Below, piece by piece: positions 40,401 through 50,480 of a stretch of DNA of 64,000 nucleotides. Under the pieces are notes generated by a model. It was not told where the DNA came from, searched no databases, and saw nothing but the letters and a program-made list of their open reading frames with translations. Where the stretch lies: contig NC_092670.1 in assembly GCF_964355755.1 (NCBI RefSeq), positions 14,122,795 to 14,186,794 on the forward strand. Direction: 5' to 3'. Made by a program: the position numbers and the translations under genes. Each line of letters begins with the position of its first letter. Within the stretch, counting starts at the first letter, position 1. Source of the DNA: Antedon mediterranea (lineage: Eukaryota; Animalia; Echinodermata).

Positions 40401-43400
40401 ACCATATCTTATTTTTTGTGCCTCTTTTACTTTGCGTTTTTTTTCCTCTCTGTATACAGAATCACTTTGATATTTGTTTCCGATTTCATTTGTTTCTTTT
40501 GAATTATTGTTTTCTTCTCTTTCCCGTTTAATTCTTTGTCGATTCTTTTCTCTTTCTTTTTTAATTCTATAAGATTGTTTTCGTTTTCTGCTCAATATTT
40601 TTACTCTGCTTTCTGAACAAGGTTTTTCAACAGTTTTACTCTGTTTGTGTTTTGGTTCTATATCTTCAAATGGTTCTTTTTCCGTTTGCTTTCGTTTCTT
40701 TGTTGTAGAATCCTTTACCAAAAAATTCGCCTCTGTTTTTGAGAGTTTATTGTGGGATGTCACATTCATATCAACTTGTCCTGTTGTTTCCTGAACATTA
40801 TTTTGACTCACATTGACAGATTCTACTACATTAAAATGCACATTCATGGTGTACAAAATATATATACCATTGTCAGTTGTAACATAATCTATTCTTCCCG
40901 GCTTTTTAGCAGAAAACAATTGCCACGTTAAAATTTGATCATTAAATGAATAAATATCTGTATTAAGCAAGTTTGCCATTGCACTTATTTCAGTATTGGA
41001 TGCCCACGTTCCATTATCCATTACTCTTTTTTTAAACACATATTCCTTAACTGATCTATATTCGTGACTAAATGTATTAATAAATAAGTCATCAGTTTCC
41101 AATAAATGATTAGTAATTGCTCTTCTTAAAAGTAAATGATTATCTTCAGTCCCAGAAATAATGTATGAAATTGCACGATAAAAACAATTACCATCACCTG
41201 TAATATTTGTAATTTGAAGAGGATGTCCAATCTGACTAGCTCTGTTAATACCAGAATTCCTATCGGTATGTTCACAACGGATGCCTACTTCATTACACAT
41301 GTTTTTCTTTTGTGTTTCTGAGATAGGAATAAATTTAAAATTCTTGTCAGGTCTTTCTCCATACTGAACATTAACAATTTCAATATCACTATCACTTTGC
41401 CATCCATTACTTGATGAGACATGACCTTCTTTATTATGTTTTTGGCCTTTAACATTAGAATCAATATTTTTTTCTGGTAATCTTGTACTACATTTATACT
41501 GATAAGACGTACTAGGTTCATCAATATCGACATTTCCCAAGTTGCTTTGTTCACAATTATCATCGAGCACAGAAGCGGAACATAAAATCATAGACTTATT
41601 TTCAATATTTACACCGGTCAGTTCAAACTCGGTTTCATGTAAATTACAGTTCATTGACCTTGCTAATCTAATACAATATTCGTACACACCTTGCCAAGAT
41701 GTACTGTAAAGTAAAATACTCTTTCCATGCTCACTAACACAACCAAATCGATCTCTTGCATGTGGATCAAATATAAGAAATCCATTTACACGTTTGATAA
41801 TAGAAAATGTGCTTCTGTTGAAATTCATAAAAAATGCATCATGTTGGTGTAATTCTTGTTCAAGAGCTTGGTTTAATGACAAGGCTCCATATTCAGCCAT
41901 AAATTCGATATTTCCATCTATTATGCCAAAAACTGATTCTTTTGGAGATATTACAAATGTGTTATCCAAGATATCCAATTCTTTGGGCAGTTCAGAAATC
42001 ATCAAAAGGTCCTCATGCATAGTGGAATCTTTCTGAATGTAACGGTACAACTCATTTCCAAGAGTCAATATTGTATCAAGGTCTTTGGTGTAAAAATCAT
42101 TTCCATTCCTCTTTGTAGAATAAAGAATAGCTACAAGACTATTTGCAACACACTGTTTACCACTTGCAAAGCCAAATCTATAATTCCCTTGATTAAAATT
42201 ACCCTGTGCTACAGTTATATTTTCATTACTATTATATACTTGTAATTCATTTATTGATTGTGTTTTCTGCCTATTTCGTGTATTTTTTTGTTTTGGTACA
42301 TCATAGATTATCAATTCTTCCGAAAAATTATTTTTTGTTAAAACTTCAATATCCAGATCGATAGTATGTTGGTCACATTTAGGTTTAGTATGGGACCTAA
42401 TTTTTTCAGTCACTGCTTCTTTGCATCCGTCATCAATTATCAATACTTCATTTTCCTCAAATTCACAACTTGCACATGTTTGATTTTTATGATCTGTACC
42501 ATTACAATCAATTATTCTACTTCTGTCATTCATTTTGCTATTATTTTGTGCTTTCGCATCGTCAGTCGCTGTGTTGTCGTTTTCTACAGTACATTCTATT
42601 TTAAAATCCTCGTCAGTTTTCGTTTCAGAATTGTCATTATTACCCATGTTCTTTATATCTTTCATAGTATCGCAATCATTCTTTAAATTCACATTACCTT
42701 GTGCTTTTTTGTTATCAATCTTCTTAGTTTTGACAAAACGACCTTTGTTATTTCGTAAACGTTTCGAACCACCACCTGATTGTTGTTGTATTCCGTTTGT
42801 TACTTTTGTATTTTTCAAAACATCACACATAGGCCTACCACTGTCGTCAAATATTGTTTGTGAATTTCCCAATACATTCGTTTTAGAATTTTCTTTGTTG
42901 TATTCTCTGTAAGTATTTGTATTCATATTCCATTCCATTTTGTTATTATTTCGTCTTTCATAGAAATCTTTTACACCTTTGCCAATATATTTTACACCTG
43001 GTTCTAAACTTATACCATTTATAACGGGCTTTCTCCTTTTCTTATTTCCTCTATTTTTACATCTTTTTTTTTTGTTGTCGGTTCTTTTCTTTGATCTTAC
43101 TCTCATCCAATCACTACCAAGTAAATCTTCACTTCCTGTTTGTTGACATTTTAATTTGGCATTATTACAACGTTTTTCTTTATTTTTCGTTAATTCTGGA
43201 AAGTCTGCAGTGACAGATTCATCAGGTTCTAGAATCGTATATCTATTGAAATGACAGGGAATACCTATTTCACCCAACATGTTATTAACAAAATTACTAT
43301 TCCCACACATTGAACAAATCCAAATTACCCTGGAATTACATAGTTTGTCTTCAAAAACATCTCTTACACATTTCACATGAAAATATTGACTACAACAGTC

Positions 43401-43817
43401 ACATGTTATGCAATTGTCGTCTACTTTCACTTCAATATTACAGAAATCGCATGTATCATCAAACTCTGAAGTGACCTCTGTACCATAAGATAATATGTTT
43501 ATGATATCATCAATTATTCCTTTAAATTCAGTTGTATCTTTCATAAATTCACAATTGACATTACCTGTATCATCATTTCTGTCGTCTTTGACATTCTCAG
43601 TTGAACAGCATTCATCAAGTAGGTCCAAGATGTCATTAACAACTATTTTAAATTCTGCTGTCTTATCCATAACTCCATTATTAACATTACCAGTTGTATT
43701 GACAAAAATCTGCTTTTTACTTGTAACTTCTTTATTCACATTCTTACACAAATAAATTATCATTGTAAAGATAATCAACAAAAAGATACCAACTAATGTT
43801 ATGAATTCCATATCCAT
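34500..43817 (-). CDS. Helentron/Helitron2 Rep-helicase-endonuclease transposase, 3105 aa, uninterrupted
   Basis: PHD finger (43305-43451). Herpes tegument/peptidase C76-like domain (GKQCVANS...FLIFDPH, ~41610-42215). OTU (GDGNCFYRAIS...HF, ~40825-41215). 18-aa basic repeats. Cys-rich Helitron-associated domain (~38950-39545). HUH Rep (GKPTFFLSFS, IEFQMRGSPHVH at ~38043-38075, YVIGYMSK at ~37470). Pif1 helicase (GGAGTGKS ~36408-36431, IIDEISMV, GDFYQLPPV, HKVQG, YVALSR). AP endonuclease (HNIQGL, LTETWL, IYRPP, GDFN, IDHVY). Confidence 0.96.
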   Translation of the reverse strand: MDMEFITLVGIFLLIIFTMIIYLCKNVNKEVTSKKQIFVNTTGNVNNGVMDKTAEFKIVVNDILDLLDECCSTENVKDDRNDDTGNVNCEFMKDTTEFKGIIDDIINILSYGTEVTSEFDDTCDFCNIEVKVDDNCITCDCCSQYFHVKCVRDVFEDKLCNSRVIWICSMCGNSNFVNNMLGEIGIPCHFNRYTILEPDESVTADFPELTKNKEKRCNNAKLKCQQTGSEDLLGSDWMRVRSKKRTDNKKKRCKNRGNKKRRKPVINGISLEPGVKYIGKGVKDFYERRNNNKMEWNMNTNTYREYNKENSKTNVLGNSQTIFDDSGRPMCDVLKNTKVTNGIQQQSGGGSKRLRNNKGRFVKTKKIDNKKAQGNVNLKNDCDTMKDIKNMGNNDNSETKTDEDFKIECTVENDNTATDDAKAQNNSKMNDRSRIIDCNGTDHKNQTCASCEFEENEVLIIDDGCKEAVTEKIRSHTKPKCDQHTIDLDIEVLTKNNFSEELIIYDVPKQKNTRNRQKTQSINELQVYNSNENITVAQGNFNQGNYRFGFASGKQCVANSLVAILYSTKRNGNDFYTKDLDTILTLGNELYRYIQKDSTMHEDLLMISELPKELDILDNTFVISPKESVFGIIDGNIEFMAEYGALSLNQALEQELHQHDAFFMNFNRSTFSIIKRVNGFLIFDPHARDRFGCVSEHGKSILLYSTSWQGVYEYCIRLARSMNCNLHETEFELTGVNIENKSMILCSASVLDDNCEQSNLGNVDIDEPSTSYQYKCSTRLPEKNIDSNVKGQKHNKEGHVSSSNGWQSDSDIEIVNVQYGERPDKNFKFIPISETQKKNMCNEVGIRCEHTDRNSGINRASQIGHPLQITNITGDGNCFYRAISYIISGTEDNHLLLRRAITNHLLETDDLFINTFSHEYRSVKEYVFKKRVMDNGTWASNTEISAMANLLNTDIYSFNDQILTWQLFSAKKPGRIDYVTTDNGIYILYTMNVHFNVVESVNVSQNNVQETTGQVDMNVTSHNKLSKTEANFLVKDSTTKKRKQTEKEPFEDIEPKHKQSKTVEKPCSESRVKILSRKRKQSYRIKKEREKNRQRIKREREENNNSKETNEIGNKYQSDSVYREEKKRKVKEAQKIRYGDDDYKFQKRKENRERQHKMYKCKPEYNVKLRNKAKHNYNIDLGYRKTKKETKKNRYNNDTMFRHKTIQNNKQRNKERYHNDPQFRQNLKQILSEKYCNNSQFRENLTQKMAEKYRSNFRFRQNLKHKLAEKYRNNLKFRQNCKQKLAEKYRSNLKFRQNCKEKLAEKYRSNLKFRQKCKDELAEKYRNNLKFRQKSKDKLAEKYRSNLKFRQKCKQKLAEKYRGNLKFRQRCKQKCKQRFTEKYHGDEGFRKKIMKKNMKNREKIKTENTNFNIVLENFKKTVSRGPEYVCCVCFKLLFKDQVMKCIKAKYKNQACINEKYLHICNNESNKHCQFVESPRCCLWICFTCHRKMLNGKVPAEANSNNLQLHDIPPELRCLNNLEQHLIGLNIPFMKLMNLPKGGQHGIHGPVVCVPSNTIETVKMLPRPQVDDQLISVKLKRKLSYKGYYKYKFVNTANVIQALKYLQDHNKCYFDIAINEEWHNYLSEDYIESETTNEDENNEEEEKEEEVEDRLCGVTFDTSLQPVDRRQNLVDEYFNDIICCAPCENNSPIALLSNKSNEAKSFPVLFPTGQPTFHDTRDVKITLGRYFHNRLMHIDNRFAQNTEFIFYAQSLYELQQILSSISIALRKGSSKKDDFSKVTVSDLKNVTKIQEILKSDRGYKFLKQIRGTPPYWQATQKDIIAMVRQIGKPTFFLSFSSADFRWKEIMTTLLSQSGDQRNIEELEWADKCNLLKSNPVTVARMFDKRFHTFLKNVILSEAQPIGKVVDYFYRIEFQMRGSPHVHMLVWVENAPIFGTDKDNEVINFVDKYISCAVPCETVDPELNEIVKSVQIHSKRHSKSCKKKGTNCRFNFPRQPSGNTFVMRPTIVDKDNDDNDDNKQAMELLTSVKDAVTNEETYKNAIELFQSLGITQSAFEKANNCVATEEKIVIKRNPQDVWVNQYNPSLLRAWNANMDIQYITNVYACIIYVIGYMSKSEREMGLLLNHAASEVKEGNEDARQSLRKLGNVYMNNREVSAQESIYRVCSLRLKECSRKVEFIPVGPNPVRMSLPLSVIKNKEDDDVSAWLPNKIDKYKARPNSSEFNKMCLAKFCSEYRILSSSEMKGNKQKKNVFQLKKQLGFIQKRTRTSNAIVRYPRFPMDTAPEKYFLSILQLFLPFRKDEQLKPPNFETYEQFHEEGCVKLCDCQLQTVKSIVHGNMEQYEKSADDVEEAQECLSKFGPQEDAWSLLCPESEKERLDNPKPNVEVDDEEDEFFIPDFGIQKNHTSKVESNSSNIPRPELNKMIRSLNEKQQHIFYKTRQWCLDKANGKKPEAFYTFITGGAGTGKSHLVNCIYNEATRILGKIMENPDDLSILKLAPTGIAAYNIKGQTIHSALSIPINISLPYQPLGEEKISALRNQLRQLQIVIIDEISMVNQRLLWYIHGRLRQIKQVRNDSPFGNISVIAVGDFYQLPPVMGSSLYKDTLESSLWLDNFKQIQLDQIMRQKEDKEFALLLNKLRTKEKHDCLSDNDLFVLKSRETGEECEDAVHIYPRNKQVDEWNKKMLHKICTDIVCIEAEDSVVNAKKQSKICDKPRNSRQTSLLNYLWIALNARVMLIKNVDVKKGLTNGCMGHVYEIVKPNNNAKPVSIKVKFDNNEIGVQAIEMFKESMGNKYSRKQFPLKLAYACTVHKVQGLTMNEAVVCLKNTFAPGQAYVALSRVTSISGLTIEHLNPNLIYCDPNIKKCLNNMDSYVQCENQGHDSDSKFSIMLHNIQGLKQHFADLQCNDLFMNSSIICLTETWLNKDEDVFEVNIQPYKLYHQARYDSYSNRNDLSSKLKNQAHGGVAVYTKNTFSSRLNIPNYDIEAVSFLITSPISVSVSVIYRPPSYDINQFCQNLRKYLEELQKVSTKCILMGDFNENLFKQSSRVKNLMSENEYRQHVTCSTTENNTLIDHVYSKGLDSVQAEVIPIYYSYHEAIHIKF
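39700..40170 (-). repeat. Coding 54-bp (18-aa) tandem repeat KQKLAEKYRSNLKFRQNC within the transposase
   Basis: aaatttcaaatta at 39771, 39825 and onward at 54-bp spacing. About 8 copies are visible in the protein. Confidence 0.92.
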
Positions 43818-44374
43818 TATTCAAAATTTGTATAAGAAACAAACCTACAAATTTCTTCAAATTAATAAACTTTGTATTCTGCAATTCCAATGAATATTAC
43901 AATTAAGTTCTTTTTATCAATTCAAGAAATCCTTGCTAAAACAAAATAAATTATTAAAATTCCAAAAACAATTCAATTATATATTGTCTTTTGTTTCTAT
44001 GATTTTTAATTTTTGTCCTAATTTTTTTTCTTTTAATATATTTTTTTTTTGTCTGCTTTTTTTTCAATAGTTCAATTATACAATTTCACTGAATAAAAAA
44101 ATTAGCTTCTGCTTAATATTGGCTTAATGAAATACTATTTAATATTATTATAAATATTATTTTAAACTTCTCTTTAATACTTGGTTGTGCTAAATAGTTT
44201 CAGATTCTAATTTTTATTCTTTTTACAATTCTACTTAATAACAGATTCAAATAAAAGTGATCTTTAAATCTTCTTTAATTAATTCTTTTGTAATAAACTC
44301 TGTTTAATATTTATTTCTTTATAATAAGCTTCTGTTTTATTCTTCAAACTTTTGTTTGTATAATCAAACTTTAA

Positions 44375-44738
44375 CTTTACACTTTTGCTTTTGCAAAAAT
44401 GGTTTTGTAATAAACTTTTGTTTATTAGTTGTTTCCTTGTGATTAACTTCTGTTATCTTCAAGGTTTTACACTTTTGCTTTTGCAAAAATGGTTTTGTAA
44501 TAAACTTTTGTTTATTAGTTGTTTCCTTGTGATTAACTTCTGTTATCTTCAAGGTTTGACACTTTTGCTTTTGCAAAAATGGTTTTGTAATAAACTTTTG
44601 TTTATTAGTTGTTTCCTTGTGATTAACTTTTGTTATCTTCAAGGTTTTACACTTTTGCTTTTGCAAAAATGGTTTGTAATAAACTTTTGTTTATTAGTTT
44701 TTCCTTGTGATAAACTTCTGTTTACTTCAAGGTTTTAC
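44375..44738. repeat. 90-bp tandem repeat, 4 copies
   Basis: acacttttgcttttgcaaaaatggttttgtaataaacttttgtttattag recurs every 90 bp. Confidence 0.95.
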
Positions 44739-45469
44739 TGAATGTTTCAAAGATACTTTTAAAAAATGTTTAAAAAGAAATTGTGCATAAATATTAAAAT
44801 TCGGTAACCCCTCGTAGAAACTCTCTTTGGAGAGTGGATCTTTTTCTAAAGACCCGGATCTCTTCTGAGATCCAGTGGGTTTATATAAGACAGTCACCTA
44901 CAATAAAAGAAAAAAAAAAGAGTTAGTTATTAATTTTAAGATACACTGTACAGTACTAAGAATTACAGTCAAACAATTATAAATTGAATCAGTAGATAAA
45001 TCAGTGTTTTTACAAATACCTAAATAATAATATACACATCCCCCCTGTGGAATGTAACATGATCTATTGGGCCTAGCAAAACAAATTAGGACCAACTCAT
45101 TACTAAATTCAGGATAGACCCATTTTATAAAATTGCAAATTTATGTCTGGAGAAACTGACCACCACATTTATGTTAAAAAGGATGATTGTCCCAAATTTT
45201 GAAGTAAATTGTGATAATATATTTGTGACTTTGGTTTATACAATATAAATAAATCACTATAGAAGATATTTTGACCTAAAAATATGTCAAAACTTCATTA
45301 CATGGAATGTGTCGGAAACAAATTCTTTCATAACAATTTCACCTTCAAAATTAATCTGAAAATAGGTTTAATTATTCAATGTTCTAATAAAATAGAATTT
45401 TATACACAAAAATATTTGGTCACTCAGTATAGTAAATTTAAAAACAACACATGTTTATCAATTATTGGA

Positions 45470-48400
45470 GGGCATAAAGTAAGGAAAATATGTTTTTTCC
45501 GTTTTACAGATAATTTTCTAATACTCACAGCTATAACTGGCACTGTATATTTTCTGTACAACTACAATCTAAAAAATAAAAGGAAAATCATTAATAATGG
45601 CAATAAACAACATTAACACTTTTTCAAAATCAACATGCTTCTTAATCAATGTCTGAAAAATTAAGAAATTTTCTCAAAATGAATTTGGGTATTAGACAGC
45701 TGGTTAGGGCCTACATGTTGTCTCAATGCTAATTTCATTTAATATTTTATTCACAAACCATAAAATCTGAATTATGTAAATGTTTCATAATAGAACATGC
45801 CTACAAAATAACAGGCAACGGTTCACAAAGTAAAGAAAATATGTTTTATCCGTTTGACAGATAATCTACTAATACTCACAGCTGTAGCTGACACTGTATA
45901 TGTTCTACAATCTAAAAAAAAAAACAAGGAAAAACATTAATAATTGGCAATAAACAACATTAACACTTTTTCCAAATCAACATGCTTCTTAATCAATGTC
46001 TGAAAAATTAAGAAATTCCTCAAAATGACTTTGGGTATGAGACAGCTGGTTAGGCCTACATGTTGTCTTAATGCTAATTTCATTTAATATTTTATTCACA
46101 AACCATAAAATCTGAATGATGTAAATGTTACATAATAGAAAATGCCTACAAAATAACAGGCAACGGTTCACAAAGTAAAGAAAATATGTTTTCTCCGTTT
46201 AACAGATAATCTACTAATACTCACAGCTGTAGCTAACACTGTATATTTTCTACAATCTAAAAAAACAAAACAAGGAAAAACATCAATAATTGGCAATAAA
46301 CAACATTAACACTTTTTCCAAATCAACATGCTTCTTAATCGAGGTCTGAAAAATTAAGAAATTTCCTTAAAATGACTTTAGGTATGGGACGGCTGGTTAG
46401 GGCCTACATGTTGTCTCAATGCTAGTTTCATTTAATATTTTATTCACAAACCATAAAATCTGAATGATGTAAATGTTACATAATAGAAAATGCCTACAAA
46501 ATAACAGGCAACTGTTCACAAAGTAAGGAAAATATGTTTTCTCCGTTTAACAGATAATCTACTAATACTCACAGCTGTAGCTAACACTGTATATTTTCTA
46601 CAATCTAAAAACAACAAGGAAAAACATTTATAATGGCAAAAAAACAACATTAACCCTTTTGTTAAATCAACATGCTTCTTAATCAATGTCTGAAAAATTA
46701 AGAAATTTCCTCAAAATAACTTTGGGTATGGGCCGGCTGATTGGGGTCTACATGTTGTCTCAAAACTACTTTCATTTAATATCTTATTCAAAAACCATAA
46801 AATCTGAATTATGTAAATGTTTCATAATATAAAATGCCTACAAAATAACAGGCAACAGTTCACAAAGTAAAGAAAATATGTTTTCTCCGTTTAACAGATA
46901 ATCTACTAATACTCACAGCTGTAGCTGACACTGTATATTTTCTACAATCTAAAAAAACAAAACAAGAAAAAACATCAATAATTGGCAATAAACAACATTA
47001 ACACTTTTTCCAAATCAACATGCTTCTTAATCGAGGTCTGAAAAATTAAGAAATTTCCTTAAAATGACTTTAGGTATGGGACGGCTGGTTAGGGTCTACA
47101 TGTTGTCTCAATACTACTTTCATTTAATATCGTATTCACAAACCATAAAATCTAAATTATTTAAATGTTTCATAATATAAAATGCCTACAAAATAACAGG
47201 CAACAGTTCACAAAGTAAGGAAAATATGTTTTCTCCGTTTAACAGATAATCTACTAATACTCACAGCTGTAGCTGAAACTGTTAATTTTCTACAATCTAA
47301 AAAAAAACAAGGAAAAACATTAATAATGGCAATAAACAACATTAACACTTTTTCCAAATCAACATGCTTCTTAATCAATGTCTGAAAAATTAGGAAATTT
47401 CCTCAAAATGACTTTGGGTATGAGACAGCTGGTTACGGCCTACATGTTGTCTCAATGCTAATTTCATTTAATTGTTTGATCACAAACAATAAAATCTGCA
47501 TTACGTAAATGTTTCATAATAGAAAATGTCTACAAAATAACAGGCAACAGTTTACAAAGTAAGGAAAATATGTTTTCTCCGTTTAACAGATAATCTACTG
47601 ATACTCACAGCTATAGCTGAAACTGTATATTTTCTACAATCTAAAAAAAAAACAAGGAAAAACATTAATAATTGGCAATAAACAACATTAACACTTTTTC
47701 CAAATCAACATGCTTCTTAATCGAGGTCTGAAAAATTTAGAAATTCCTCAAAATGACTTTGGGTATGAGACAGCTGGTTAGGGCCTACATGTTTTCTCAA
47801 TGCTAATTTCATTTAATATTTTATTCACAAACCATAAAATCTGAATGCTGTAAATGTTTCATAATAGAAAATGCCTACAAAATAACAGGCAACTGTTCAC
47901 AAAGTAAGGAAAATATGTTTTCTCTGTTTAACAGATAATCTACTGATACTCACAGCTATAGCTAACACTGTATATTTTCTATAATCTAAGAACAACAAGA
48001 AAAAACATTGATAATGGCAATAAACAACATTAACCCTTTTGCTAAATCAACATGCTTCTTAATCAATGTCTGAAAAATTAAGAAATTTTCTCAAAATAAC
48101 TTTGGGTATGGGCCGGCTGATTGGGGTCTACATGTTGTCTCAATACTAATTTCATTTAATATCTTATTCACAAACCATAAAATCTGAATTATGTAAATGT
48201 TTCATAATATAAAATGCCTACAAAATAACAGGCAACAGTTCACAAAGTAAGGAAAATATGTTTTCTCCGTTTAACAGATAATCTACTAATACTCACAGCT
48301 GTAGCTGAAACTGTTAATTTTCTACAATCTAAAAAAAACAAGGAAAAACATTGATAATGGCAATAAACAACATTAACACTTTTTCCAAATCAACATGCTT

Positions 48401-50480
48401 CTTAATCGAGGTCTGAAAAATTAAGAAATTCCTCAAAATGACTTTGGGTATGAGACAGCTGGTTACGGCCTACATGTTGTCTCAATGCTAATTTCATTTA
48501 ATTGTTTGATCACAAACAATAAAATCTGCATTACGTAAATGTTTCATAATAGAAAATGTCTACAAAATAACAGGCAACAGTTTACAAAGTAAGGAAAATA
48601 TGTTTTCTCCGTTTAACAGATAATCTACTGATACTCACAGCTATAGCTGAAACTGTATATTTTCTACAATCTAAAAAAAAACAAGGAAAAACATTGATAA
48701 TGGCAATAAACAACATTAACACTTTTTCCAAATCAACAAGCTTCTTAATTAATGTCTGAAAAATTAAGAAATTTCTTCAAAATGACTTTGGGTATGGGTC
48801 GGCTAATTTGGGGCCTACATGTTGTCTCAATGCTAATTTCATTTAAATTTTATTCACAAACCATAAAATCTGAATGATGTAAATGTTTCATAATAGAAAA
48901 TGCCTACAAAATAACAGGCAACAGTTCACAAAGTAAGGAAAATATGTTTTCTCTGTTTAGCAGATAATCTACTAATACTCACAGCTGTAGCTGACACTGT
49001 ATATTTTCTACAATCTAAAAAAAAAACAAGGAAAAACATTAATAATTGGCAATAAACAACATTAACACTTTTTCCAAATCAACATGCTTCTTAATCGAGG
49101 TCTGAAAAATTTAGAAATTCCTCAAAATGACTTTGGGTATGAGACAGCTGGTTAGGGCCTACATGTTTTCTCAATGCTAATTTCATTTAATATTTTATTC
49201 ACAAACCATAAAATCTGAATGCTGTAAATGTTTCATAATAGAAAATGCCTACAAAATAACAGGCAACTGTTCACAAAGTAAGGAAAATATGTTTTCTCTG
49301 TTTAACAGATAATCTACTGATACTCACAGCTATAGCTAACACTGTATATTTTCTATAATCTAAGAACAACAAGAAAAAACATTGATAATGGCAATAAACA
49401 ACATTAACCCTTTTGCTAAATCAACATGCTTCTTAATCAATGTCTGAAAAATTAAGAAATTTTCTCAAAATAACTTTGGGTATGGGCCGGCTGATTGGGG
49501 TCTACATGTTGTCTCAATACTAATTTCATTTAATATCTTATTCACAAACCAAAAAATCTGAATTATGTAAATGTTTCATAATATAAAATGCCTACAAAAT
49601 AACAGGCAACAGTTCACAAAGTAAGGAAAATATGTTTTCTCCGTTTAACAGATAATCTACTAATACTCACAGCTGTAGCTGAAACTGTTAATTTTCTACA
49701 ATCTAAAAAAAACAAGGAAAAACATTGATAATGGCAATAAACAACATTAACACTTTTTCCAAATCAACATGCTTCTTAATCGAGGTCTGAAAAATTAAGA
49801 AATTCCTCAAAATGACTTTGGGTATGAGACAGCTGGTTACGGCCTACATGTTGTCTCAATGCTAATTTCATTTATTATTTTATTCACAAACCATAAAATC
49901 TGAATGCTGTAAATGTTTCATAATAAAAAATGCCTACAAAATAACAGGCAACTGTTCACAAAGTAAGGAAAATATGTTTTCTCCATTTAACAGATAATCT
50001 ACTACTCACAGCTGTAGCTAACACTGTATATTTTCTACAATCTAAAAACAACAAGGAAAACATTGATAATGGCAATAAACAACATTAACCCTTTTTCCAA
50101 ATCAACATGCTTCTTAATTAATGTCTGAAAAATTAGGAAATTTCCTCAAAATGACTTTGGGTATGGGCCGGCTGATTAGGGCAAGCAACAGTTCACAAAA
50201 TAAGGAAAATATGTTTTCTCCATTTAACAGATAATCTACTAATACTCACAGCTGTAGCTGAAACAGTTAATTTTCTACAATCTAAAAAAAACAAGGAAAA
50301 ACATTGATAATGGCGATAAACAACATTAACACTTTTTCCAAATCAACAAGCTTCTTAATCAATGTCTGAAAAATTAAGAAATTTCCTCAAAATAACTTAT
50401 TTTATTCACAAACAATAAAATCTGAATTATGTAAATGTTTCATAATAGAAAATGCCTACAAAATAACAGGCAACAGTTCA
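45470..50480. repeat. ~345-bp tandem repeat, ~14-15 copies, inside the Helentron upstream of the ORF
   Basis: Motif aaagtaaggaaaatatgtttt recurs at about 45476, 45827, 46172, 46520, 46864, 47212, 47556, 47901, 48244, 48587, 48930, 49275, 49618 and 49960. Confidence 0.95.

Noticed and set aside
34923-43755. Many + strand and alternate-frame ORFs overlapping the transposase
   Set aside because: Antisense shadows of the long ORF with no recognisable motifs.
34500-43817. Endogenous herpesvirus or LINE retrotransposon
   Set aside because: The tegument-like protease and AP endonuclease are fused to HUH Rep-Pif1 helicase within Helentron termini. There are no RT, capsid or polymerase genes.
44364-44741. 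Repetitive ORFs on both strands
   Set aside because: Explained by a 90-bp (multiple of 3) tandem repeat with non-ATG starts. A uORF remnant cannot be excluded but is unsupported.
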